Origin: a virus
Strand: one strand, 5' to 3'
DNA length: 59,057 bases
Virus record (IMG/VR): IMGVR_UViG_3300031565_000032
Numbering within the stretch: the stretch's first letter is position 1; each line of letters begins with the position of its first letter. The notes under the pieces are model-generated. The model ran no database searches and was not told where the DNA came from. It saw only the letters and a list, made by a program, of their open reading frames with translations. The position numbers and the translations under genes were made by a program. Below are positions 25,290 through 32,220 of the stretch, piece after piece.

Positions 25290-25303
25290 ATGGTGACACG
25301 GTG
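25290..25303. repeat. Left arm of a perfect 14-bp inverted repeat
   Basis: ATGGTGACACGGTG; the reverse complement CACCGTGTCACCAT is at 25474-25487. Confidence 0.9.
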
Positions 25304-25370
25304 TTACCGTGCAGTGTGTGCAGGCAACCCTAGGAACACGGGCACAATGGATGCCTGGAAAGGGGGTTAA

Positions 25371-25463
25371 ATGCACATACTAAAGTTGGTTAAAATGGCA
25401 GTGAAAAGTTGGCTAACAAGAAAACGACGTAAACAAATACGCCGTATGTTACTAGCGGAGTAA
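25371..25463 (+). CDS. Possible 30-aa amphipathic/basic peptide inside the inverted-repeat module
   Basis: AAAGGGGGTTAA then ATG. Product MHILKLVKMAVKSWLTRKRRKQIRRMLLAE. Confidence 0.3.
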   Translation: MHILKLVKMAVKSWLTRKRRKQIRRMLLAE

Positions 25464-25473
25464 CTTGTCAGAG

Positions 25474-25487
25474 CACCGTGTCACCAT
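25474..25487. repeat. Right arm of the 14-bp inverted repeat
   Basis: CACCGTGTCACCAT, followed by TTTTAT. Confidence 0.9.
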
Positions 25488-25515
25488 TTTATATCAAACA
25501 TTCATGATTTGTCAA
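25486..25515 (-). promoter_or_regulatory. Convergent sigma70-like promoter on the minus strand, facing the same module
   Basis: Minus strand TTGACA (plus 25510-25515), 16-18 nt, TATAAAAT. The -10 abuts the right repeat arm. Confidence 0.45.
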
Positions 25516-25543
25516 TCCCCTCTCTGATTAACTCAACCCTCAT

Positions 25544-25828
25544 TCAAATTGACCCACTACCTTTTTCTTTATTCTCTTGATAATACTTGTAAGCTTTCAT
25601 CTTGTTACATTTACGGCAGTAAGTCTCAAGGTTATCCCACCTTGTTTTATTCTTAGTAAAGTTTACTAGTGGTTGATATTTCTTACAAATAGTACATTTT
25701 TTGAGACCATTTATATATCCGTATGCACCAATACTATGTTTAAATTTCGTATGACATTCTCTACAACGACAGGATGTATGTGAGAAGTAAGTGAGTTCCT
25801 TATGGCAAACTATACAATAACTATTCAT
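25544..25828 (-). CDS. Cys-rich zinc-finger protein (94 aa), reverse-strand insert
   Basis: CIVCH..CRCRECH..CTICKKYQPLVNFTKNK..CRKCN. The last two pairs resemble the N-terminal Zn module seen on many phage HNH/DNA-binding proteins. Confidence 0.65.
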   Translation of the reverse strand: MNSYCIVCHKELTYFSHTSCRCRECHTKFKHSIGAYGYINGLKKCTICKKYQPLVNFTKNKTRWDNLETYCRKCNKMKAYKYYQENKEKGSGSI

Positions 25829-25833
25829 ACTTT

Positions 25834-25879
25834 AATTATACACTAATACCATAACCCTTTTCAAGCATGGTGTATAATT
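25834..25879. repeat. 10-bp perfect inverted repeat (AATTATACAC ... GTGTATAATT) in a divergent intergenic region; each arm carries a TATAAT on one strand
   Basis: Arms at 25834-25843 and 25870-25879, with a 26-nt spacer. Confidence 0.8.
25835..25864 (-). promoter_or_regulatory. Promoter for 25828..25544; the ATG lies 6 nt after the -10 (leaderless geometry)
   Basis: Minus strand TTGAAA-18 nt-TATAAT-TAAAGT-ATG. Confidence 0.45.
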
Positions 25880-25940
25880 ATAAGTAGAGATATAAGTATA
25901 CAAGCATATAAGCATATTGGTTGTCATGGGGGATAAATAA

Positions 25941-26210
25941 ATGCATAAGCATGACCATGAGTGTGGGGAGTGCAAGCACGATTGTTTACACTACTGTTCT
26001 TGTTGTGGTAAAGTTTATTGTTGCAAATGCAAACAGGAATGGGGGAATTATAGTTATATATCTCCTTATTATCCTATAACTACTCCCAATTGGCCTAGAG
26101 ACCCTTATACTTGGACTTACTCAAAGCCTACTGCCATCCCCACAACTACTACCATTCCTTACGTTTTTACCAGTGCCACAACCATAACATCTTGCGCACA
26201 CAATCACTAA
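25941..26210 (+). CDS. Hypothetical protein: Cys/His-rich N-terminus, Thr/Pro/Tyr-rich C-terminus (89 aa)
   Basis: MHKHDHECGECKHDCLHYCSCCGKVYCCKCK, then ...PYYPITTPNWPRDPYTWTYSKPTAIPTTTTIPYVFTSATTITSCAHNH. Confidence 0.5.
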   Translation: MHKHDHECGECKHDCLHYCSCCGKVYCCKCKQEWGNYSYISPYYPITTPNWPRDPYTWTYSKPTAIPTTTTIPYVFTSATTITSCAHNH

Positions 26211-26492
26211 AAGAATATTGGGTGACATAGGGATAAATCCTAAGAGTAAATTATTACACTCTGATAAAGCAGGTGGGGGCTGGATAGTAACTTAGACTTG
26301 GCAAGTAAGACTTTTTATATAGAATACTGGGGTGGCGGAATGGATAACGCACTAAAGGGTCTGGTCGTATAGCAGAAACGTCAAACCTCACATCATTTGT
26401 GGTAACGATGTGAGTACCAGTCTAGGGTGAACGTAACGTAATATGCCTGCCACTAGGGGTCTTACGTAGGCAAATCCCTAGCCTCAGATTGA

Positions 26493-28406
26493 TTGAGAGA
26501 TACGAGATTGGCGATTTTAGATAGGTTCTTCACTAGGGTTCCTAAGAGAAAATCAAGTTCCATATCTGTCCCCTGGGAAATCCCCGATGATAGAAATACG
26601 GATGGTCTTCTGAGAGCTTATGGGGAAGTTTACTCTTTATTTGGCATTGCTTTAAGAATTGCTACAGCTGTTTCTGAAGTCAAGTGGAGATTGTATAAGG
26701 GTTCTGAGAGAAGCGAGCGTTCTCAAGTCTCCAAACACCCCATTTTAACATTACTGGATTATGCCAATAAATTCCAAACAGGTCAAGAGATTATGGAACT
26801 CACCCAGTTGCACATGGACCTGGCGGGGAAAGCCTATTGGTACTTGCCGAAGACTGGATTAAACGTACCTGGCGAAATATGGGTTATGGACCCCAATTTA
26901 GTAAAACCCATCCCCTCTAAAAGCGGGTTTATAGCAGGGTATGTTTACAGGAACGGGTTAGAGCAGATACCCTTTAGTACAAATGATATTATACGCTTCC
27001 CCATGCCCGACCCGCGCAACCAACTAGGTGGTATAGGTTATGCTCAAGCTGCTGCTATTGAACTGGACTCCGAGAATTACGCTGGTATATGGAACAGGAA
27101 TTTCTTTTACAACTCTGCCAGGCCGGACGGGGCTTTAGAAACTGATGAGACCCTAACAGAAGAACAGTTTGAACAATTAAAAAGTCAGTGGGAATCCAGA
27201 CATGGCGGGATTTCAAGATCACATAAGATAGCGATTTTAGAAGGCGGGATTAAATACAGACAAATCCAGGTAAATCAGAAGGACATGGATTTCTCCCAGT
27301 TAAGAAAGCAAACTAGGGAAAATATTATGTTTGCTTTTGGGATACCTCAATCCGTCATGGGGGTATCTGAGAATGTTAATAGAGCCAATGCCGAAGCGGG
27401 AGACTATACATTTGCACGATGGTTAATTAAACCACGCCTGACAAGAATTAAAAACAAACTAAATGAACAGTTAATACCGATGTTCCCACAAGCTAAAGGT
27501 GTTGAAATAGACTTTGATGAGGTAGTGCCTGAGACAATTGACCAAAAAAGGGACTTGGCTGAATCAGGGGTTAGGGCTGGGTGGTTGACAATAAATGAAG
27601 CTCGCAAGATGAATGGGTTCGATACTGCTAAAGGTGGGGATGTTTTCCTGATTCCATTTAACATGATGCCTACTCCCTCGGATGAGGAGATTGTAAAACC
27701 CGAACCGCCCGCATCACCTCCAGAAGAAGCCCCCCCCGAAGAACCAAAGTCTAAGGGGTTCTCTGAAGAGCAAAAAGAGGCTAGGTGGTTATCTTATATA
27801 TTTAAAACTGGAAGGCAGGAAATTAAGTTTCAAAACGCATTTAAAACTTTACTCGATGAGCAGTCTGATGAAGTCATTTCTAATTACATAAATCATGGTG
27901 AAGCGGAATTTGATGTAGATATTTGGAACAATAGATTTAAAAATGTATTTAAAGTTTTAATAGGCTTAGTTTATGAAGATGCGTGTGAGAATGTTAAGCA
28001 ACCCGACCCATACGCTTTAGAGTGGATAGAACAAAGAGCTTTAGAGATGGCAACCTCCATAAATATGACTACAAAAGCATCTCTAAGGATGGCTTTAAGG
28101 GAAGGGATAGGTCAGGGGGAAAGTGTTTCCGAGATTACACGCAGGATAAAAGGGTTCTTTGCAGAGACTTACAAAGGCAGGGCGCAGAAGATAGCTCGGA
28201 CTGAAGTTATAGCAGCATCTAATGAGGGGGCTTTAAGAGGTTACGAGGACGCGGGTATAGAGAAGGCTGAATTCTACGCTGCCCTGGATGAACGTATGTG
28301 CCCAGATTGCGAATCATTACACGGTAATATTTACCCGATAGAAGAGGCTCACGGTATTATCCCAGTTCACCCCTCATGCCGTTGTACATATATACCTATT
28401 GTTTAG
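26493..28406 (+). CDS. Portal protein (HK97 family) fused to a C-terminal Mu-F/SPP1 gp7-like minor head domain (637 aa, TTG start uncertain)
   Basis: Portal-type segments (AGKAYWYL, GEIWVMDP, NFFYNSARPDGAL, ILEGG, FGIPQSVMG). C-terminus ARTEVIAASNEGALRGYE...DERMCPDCESLHG...HPSCRCTYIPI. Confidence 0.85.
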   Translation: MRDTRLAILDRFFTRVPKRKSSSISVPWEIPDDRNTDGLLRAYGEVYSLFGIALRIATAVSEVKWRLYKGSERSERSQVSKHPILTLLDYANKFQTGQEIMELTQLHMDLAGKAYWYLPKTGLNVPGEIWVMDPNLVKPIPSKSGFIAGYVYRNGLEQIPFSTNDIIRFPMPDPRNQLGGIGYAQAAAIELDSENYAGIWNRNFFYNSARPDGALETDETLTEEQFEQLKSQWESRHGGISRSHKIAILEGGIKYRQIQVNQKDMDFSQLRKQTRENIMFAFGIPQSVMGVSENVNRANAEAGDYTFARWLIKPRLTRIKNKLNEQLIPMFPQAKGVEIDFDEVVPETIDQKRDLAESGVRAGWLTINEARKMNGFDTAKGGDVFLIPFNMMPTPSDEEIVKPEPPASPPEEAPPEEPKSKGFSEEQKEARWLSYIFKTGRQEIKFQNAFKTLLDEQSDEVISNYINHGEAEFDVDIWNNRFKNVFKVLIGLVYEDACENVKQPDPYALEWIEQRALEMATSINMTTKASLRMALREGIGQGESVSEITRRIKGFFAETYKGRAQKIARTEVIAASNEGALRGYEDAGIEKAEFYAALDERMCPDCESLHGNIYPIEEAHGIIPVHPSCRCTYIPIV

Positions 28407-28414
28407 GAGGTTTT

Positions 28415-29557
28415 ATGGAAACTATTTATAAAGTCCTGGAAGATTGCGAAGTTAAGAAACTTGGTGAGAGGCAATACGAATTTGTTGCTTCAACTTCTAC
28501 TCAAGACAGAGATGGTGAAGTTATTAATGCAGAGGGTTGGGATACTAAGAACTTTAAAAAGAACCCCGTGATTATGTATGCCCACGATTATCATTCATTA
28601 CCCGTAGGCCGAGCACCGAGGGTTTGGATGTCTGACGGGAAGTTGAAAAACACTGTTGAATTCCCACCCGAAGGAACTTATGAATTCGCTGATATTGTTG
28701 AAAGGTTAGTTGACACAGGCTATTTAAAAACTGAATCAGTCGGGTTCATACCTAAGAAGTGGGAAGATGGCGATGGTGAGAAAGCCCCCAGACGGACATA
28801 TACCAAACAGGAACTATTAGAGATTTCAATTGTACCTGTTCCCTCAAACCCCGATGCTTTACGAAACGCAGTAGAGGACGGTGTGATTACAACTAAGGAA
28901 TTTGAAGCTATCACAAAACCCGAAGAGACTGACGAATATATCAGGATTCCAGTAAATGATTGTAAAGTTACGGCCACAATAGATATATCCAAAAAGGAAG
29001 GTATCAAGGCTTTATATTGTGGCGAAGAAAAGCAAGTCAGAACGTATCTCTTTAAGAAAGAAGCCCCCTATAACTGGACTATGGCAAGGGCTAAGAAATG
29101 GGTAGAGGAACACAAGTCTGTAGATGATGAGATTACTAAAGTTGATAATACCACGATTGAGAATATAACCATTGAAGTAGAGGAAAAGGATAAACCAGTG
29201 AGTCAGGCTGCAATTATAGATGAACTGGATTACTTAATAAGGTGTCTTGATGACGTAGGGTTGAATGAGGATGCTATAAAGGAGGCATGGGGATTAGTGA
29301 GAAAAATTATGCGTTTGTCAGGTGACGACATACCTGTTGACATAGAAGAAAAGGTGGGGGCGGTACTGAGTAAAAAGAACAAGAACAAATTAAACCAGAT
29401 TAAAAATCTGGCGCAAGAAGTGATTGACTCAGCACAAACCGAACCCGAAGCAGAACCAGAAAAAGAGGATGATAAAGCGATAACGCAGGAAATGGTAATT
29501 GATATAGTCAAGAATGCCGTGTCTAACGCTATCGCTAGAGCACAAGGTAAAGTTTAA
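28415..29557 (+). CDS. HK97-family prohead protease with a C-terminal scaffold-like acidic coiled-coil extension (380 aa)
   Basis: TAGGAGGTTTT then ATG. FVASTSTQDRDGEVINAEGWDTKNFKKNPVIMYAHD; the C-terminal half is rich in E/K/D. Confidence 0.85.
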   Translation: METIYKVLEDCEVKKLGERQYEFVASTSTQDRDGEVINAEGWDTKNFKKNPVIMYAHDYHSLPVGRAPRVWMSDGKLKNTVEFPPEGTYEFADIVERLVDTGYLKTESVGFIPKKWEDGDGEKAPRRTYTKQELLEISIVPVPSNPDALRNAVEDGVITTKEFEAITKPEETDEYIRIPVNDCKVTATIDISKKEGIKALYCGEEKQVRTYLFKKEAPYNWTMARAKKWVEEHKSVDDEITKVDNTTIENITIEVEEKDKPVSQAAIIDELDYLIRCLDDVGLNEDAIKEAWGLVRKIMRLSGDDIPVDIEEKVGAVLSKKNKNKLNQIKNLAQEVIDSAQTEPEAEPEKEDDKAITQEMVIDIVKNAVSNAIARAQGKV

Positions 29558-29568
29558 CAGGAGGTAAA

Positions 29569-30774
29569 ATGGAAACTTTAACATTAGAACAAATCGCAGA
29601 AATAGCAACTAAGGCAGCTAATGAAGCGGTTGAAAAATTAAAGGAGCCGGAGAAAAAGGAAATTCACGTAGAGGTCATTGCTAACCCTGAAGATAAGTTA
29701 CTGAAAGACCCGAAGGGTGGCTTTAAGAGTATGGGGCACTTCTTTACTGACCTCATCAGGGCAGAGGGTCCAGGCAATGCTCCCCCGCAAACCCTCAAAG
29801 ACTACGATAGGGCACTCAGAAAGACAGCCGGATACATGGAAGAGGGCGACCTTAGTCAGGGTGGCTATTTAGTCCCCGAAGAGTTCAGGGCGGTTCTTTT
29901 ACAGACAGCTATGGAAACTTCCATAGTGAAGTCAAGGGCAACAAATATCCCGATGGCAACCAACAGAGTTGTCATACCAGCCTTGATAGATGACGACCAT
30001 TCCACTGATTATTTTGGTGGGGTTGTTATCTACAGGACAGAAGAGAAGGGTGAAAAGACTCCCAAGAATCCAGTATTCGGTAAAATTGGGCTGACCTTAC
30101 ACAAATTAACAGGGTTATGCTATATAACTGATGAACTTTTAACGGATTCAGTTATATCTATTGAACCTATAGTTAGAAGCACATTCGGACAGGCCATAGC
30201 GTTTGTGCAGGACTACGACTTCTTGAGGGGGTCTGGTGCTAACCAGGCACTGGGAGTTTTCAATGCAGCCAACCCTTCACTCATCACGGTATCCAAAGAA
30301 ACGAACCAGGTAGCCGACACCATTGTCTTTGAGAACATCGTTAAGATGTGGCAGAGAATGTACCCTGCCGGACACGCAAAGGCAGTATGGATAGCCAACA
30401 TCAATTGTTTCCAGCAGTTGGCTTCAATGAGCCTGCCGTCTGGTACTGCTGGGGTGCCCGTATGGATGCCTGCCGGTGGTATTGCCGGAGCACCATTCCA
30501 GACCCTGATGGGCAGACCTCTAATCTTCACCGAGAAAATGGCCACGCTAGGTGACCTGTATGACATAGGCTTAGTTGACTTTTCTCAATATCTTATCGGT
30601 GAAAAGGGTGGTGGAGTTAATATGGCTTCATCTATCCATGTCAGGTTCATCTATGATGAGGTTGCTTTCAGGTTCGTTATGAGGTATGATGGCCAGCCTT
30701 GGTGGCTCTCTACACTAACCCCGAAGGCGGGAAGCACCTTGAGTCCGTTTATCACTTTGGCCGAGCGTGCCTAG
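29569..30774 (+). CDS. Major capsid protein, HK97 fold (401 aa)
   Basis: Follows the protease. GGYLVPEEF motif and an N-terminal delta-domain-like helical region. Confidence 0.9.
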   Translation: METLTLEQIAEIATKAANEAVEKLKEPEKKEIHVEVIANPEDKLLKDPKGGFKSMGHFFTDLIRAEGPGNAPPQTLKDYDRALRKTAGYMEEGDLSQGGYLVPEEFRAVLLQTAMETSIVKSRATNIPMATNRVVIPALIDDDHSTDYFGGVVIYRTEEKGEKTPKNPVFGKIGLTLHKLTGLCYITDELLTDSVISIEPIVRSTFGQAIAFVQDYDFLRGSGANQALGVFNAANPSLITVSKETNQVADTIVFENIVKMWQRMYPAGHAKAVWIANINCFQQLASMSLPSGTAGVPVWMPAGGIAGAPFQTLMGRPLIFTEKMATLGDLYDIGLVDFSQYLIGEKGGGVNMASSIHVRFIYDEVAFRFVMRYDGQPWWLSTLTPKAGSTLSPFITLAERA

Positions 30775-30799
30775 TTTAATCTAATAAGGAGGAAATGAA

Positions 30800-31294
30800 A
30801 TGGGAGTATATACATTTAGTCAAGATAATCTGATAATCCCGCTGAACTTAGCAGGTGCAACTGCTGGGACTGCTGCCGAGATGGATTCCTTTAACATGAG
30901 GGGGTATGACCAGGCAACTGTAATCTTCACTCAAAGTGCCTCAGTAGCTGGGAATAATGTGCTAACAATGGAGACTGGTGCTTCAAATAGTGCGGATACT
31001 AGTGATGCCACATTCCATTATAGGTGGGGTAGTGCTACTGTTGGTGCTTCTAACTCTGATAAATTAACCGCTGATGCCACAGCCTCTACCCTGACCATGA
31101 CAGCTACAACCTATCAGGGCAAGATGCTAGTCATAGAACTGCACGCTGACGAACTGCCCAAGTCCGGTGAAACAGTCTATTCTTGGGTAACTCCAGACAT
31201 CGATGGCACTGCTACTAAGGGTTTTATTAGTGGGATTGCAATCCTAAGTAAACCCCGCTATGCAAAGGCTGTAATGCCTACAGCTGTCAGTTAA
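30800..31294 (+). CDS. Putative head-associated structural protein, Ser/Thr/Ala-rich (164 aa)
   Basis: AAGGAGGAAATGAA then ATG; lies directly after the capsid gene. Confidence 0.6.
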   Translation: MGVYTFSQDNLIIPLNLAGATAGTAAEMDSFNMRGYDQATVIFTQSASVAGNNVLTMETGASNSADTSDATFHYRWGSATVGASNSDKLTADATASTLTMTATTYQGKMLVIELHADELPKSGETVYSWVTPDIDGTATKGFISGIAILSKPRYAKAVMPTAVS

Positions 31295-31378
31295 GGAAGA
31301 GAGGGATGATGAGAGTTTTCATGTTTGGTTGTCCTATTGAATATAGTGATGAACCAATCAAGCCTAAAAGAAAATATA

Positions 31379-31407
31379 GGCGGAAGGGGACAAAAGCCCC
31401 TTCCGCC
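31379..31407 (+). terminator. Perfect 11-bp GC-rich hairpin downstream of the capsid genes (no U-tract; transcript-stability or attenuator element)
   Basis: GGCGGAAGGGG-acaaaag-CCCCTTCCGCC. Confidence 0.4.
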
Positions 31408-31492
31408 CCACGGAAAGATAAAATGGTGCATAGTGCGCCTATTGTAAAAGGGGGAACCACTCCCTAATAAACTATAAGTATGGAGGAATCAA

Positions 31493-31837
31493 ATGGTAGC
31501 TAATGTTAAATCAAGCTGGAGGTCGGGTAATCTGGTCTTTGAACATGTTGTGTCCGGTGCTGCAATCCACTATGGAATCAGTGGCACAGGGTTAGATGTT
31601 AAATTCTGGGGAGACACAGCCAGCGTATACATGATGTGGGATTACAGTGCGGATAATTGGGTCTGTGCATCTCAAACCCATATAGATATGGCCGCCGATA
31701 AAGCTATGTTAATCTTTAAGGCTGGTAGTGCTTGTGGTGATAGCCCAACAGCCGATGCGGAAACAGGGTGGCTTAACGCATATATTACTTCTGAAACTGC
31801 CACAAATCTAGTCTATATACCGTACTATACTACTTAA
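31493..31837 (+). CDS. Small head-module protein, paralog A (114 aa), putative decoration protein
   Basis: Close paralog of 31852..32199 (VANVKSSW.SGNLVFEHVVSGAAIHYG..GTGLDVKFWGDTASVYM.WDYSADN.VCASQT). Confidence 0.75.
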   Translation: MVANVKSSWRSGNLVFEHVVSGAAIHYGISGTGLDVKFWGDTASVYMMWDYSADNWVCASQTHIDMAADKAMLIFKAGSACGDSPTADAETGWLNAYITSETATNLVYIPYYTT

Positions 31838-31851
31838 AAAGGAGGAAACAA

Positions 31852-32199
31852 ATGCCTGTAGCTAATGTGAAATCCAGTTGGCAGTCTGGGAATTTAGTCT
31901 TTGAGCATGTAGTTTCCGGGGCTGCTATTCATTACGGGGTAAATGGTACGGGTCTTGACGTTAAGTTTTGGGGTGATACGGCTAGTGTATATATGCTTTG
32001 GGATTACAGTGCGGATAACCTAGTTTGTGCATCACAAACGAACATAGATATGTCGGCTGCTAAGCCCATGTTAATCTTCAAAGTTGGAACTTCGGCAAGT
32101 TCTAACCCAACGACTTATCCTGAAGCTGGTTGGCTTAATGTGCATATCGCCACTGACGCAGCGTCTTCTATAGTCTACGTACCGTACTACGTTTCATAA
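31852..32199 (+). CDS. Small head-module protein, paralog B (115 aa), putative decoration protein
   Basis: See paralog A; AAAGGAGGAAACAA then ATG. Confidence 0.75.
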   Translation: MPVANVKSSWQSGNLVFEHVVSGAAIHYGVNGTGLDVKFWGDTASVYMLWDYSADNLVCASQTNIDMSAAKPMLIFKVGTSASSNPTTYPEAGWLNVHIATDAASSIVYVPYYVS

Positions 32200-32220
32200 A
32201 ATAAAAGGAGGAGTTAACGT

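Noticed and set aside
25290-25487. Calling the inverted-repeat-bounded unit a MITE or transposable element.
   Set aside because: There is no target-site duplication at the flanks (…ctgggt | … | tttata…) and no other copy in this genome. It is kept only as one alternative within the finding.
26330-26420. A second tRNA in the GGGGTGGCGGAATGGATAACGC... stretch.
   Set aside because: A D-arm-like GCG/CGC pairing exists, but no anticodon stem, T-arm (GTTCRANYC) or matching acceptor 3' strand could be folded.
31306-31467. A 53-aa ORF (MMRVFMFGCPIEYSDEPIKPKRKYRRKGTKAPSAPRKDKMVHSAPIVKGGTTP) between 30800..31294 and 31493.
   Set aside because: The frame contains the perfect 11-bp hairpin, and the product is a low-complexity basic sequence. 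It is more likely a non-coding spacer with a structural RNA element, and is not listed as a feature.
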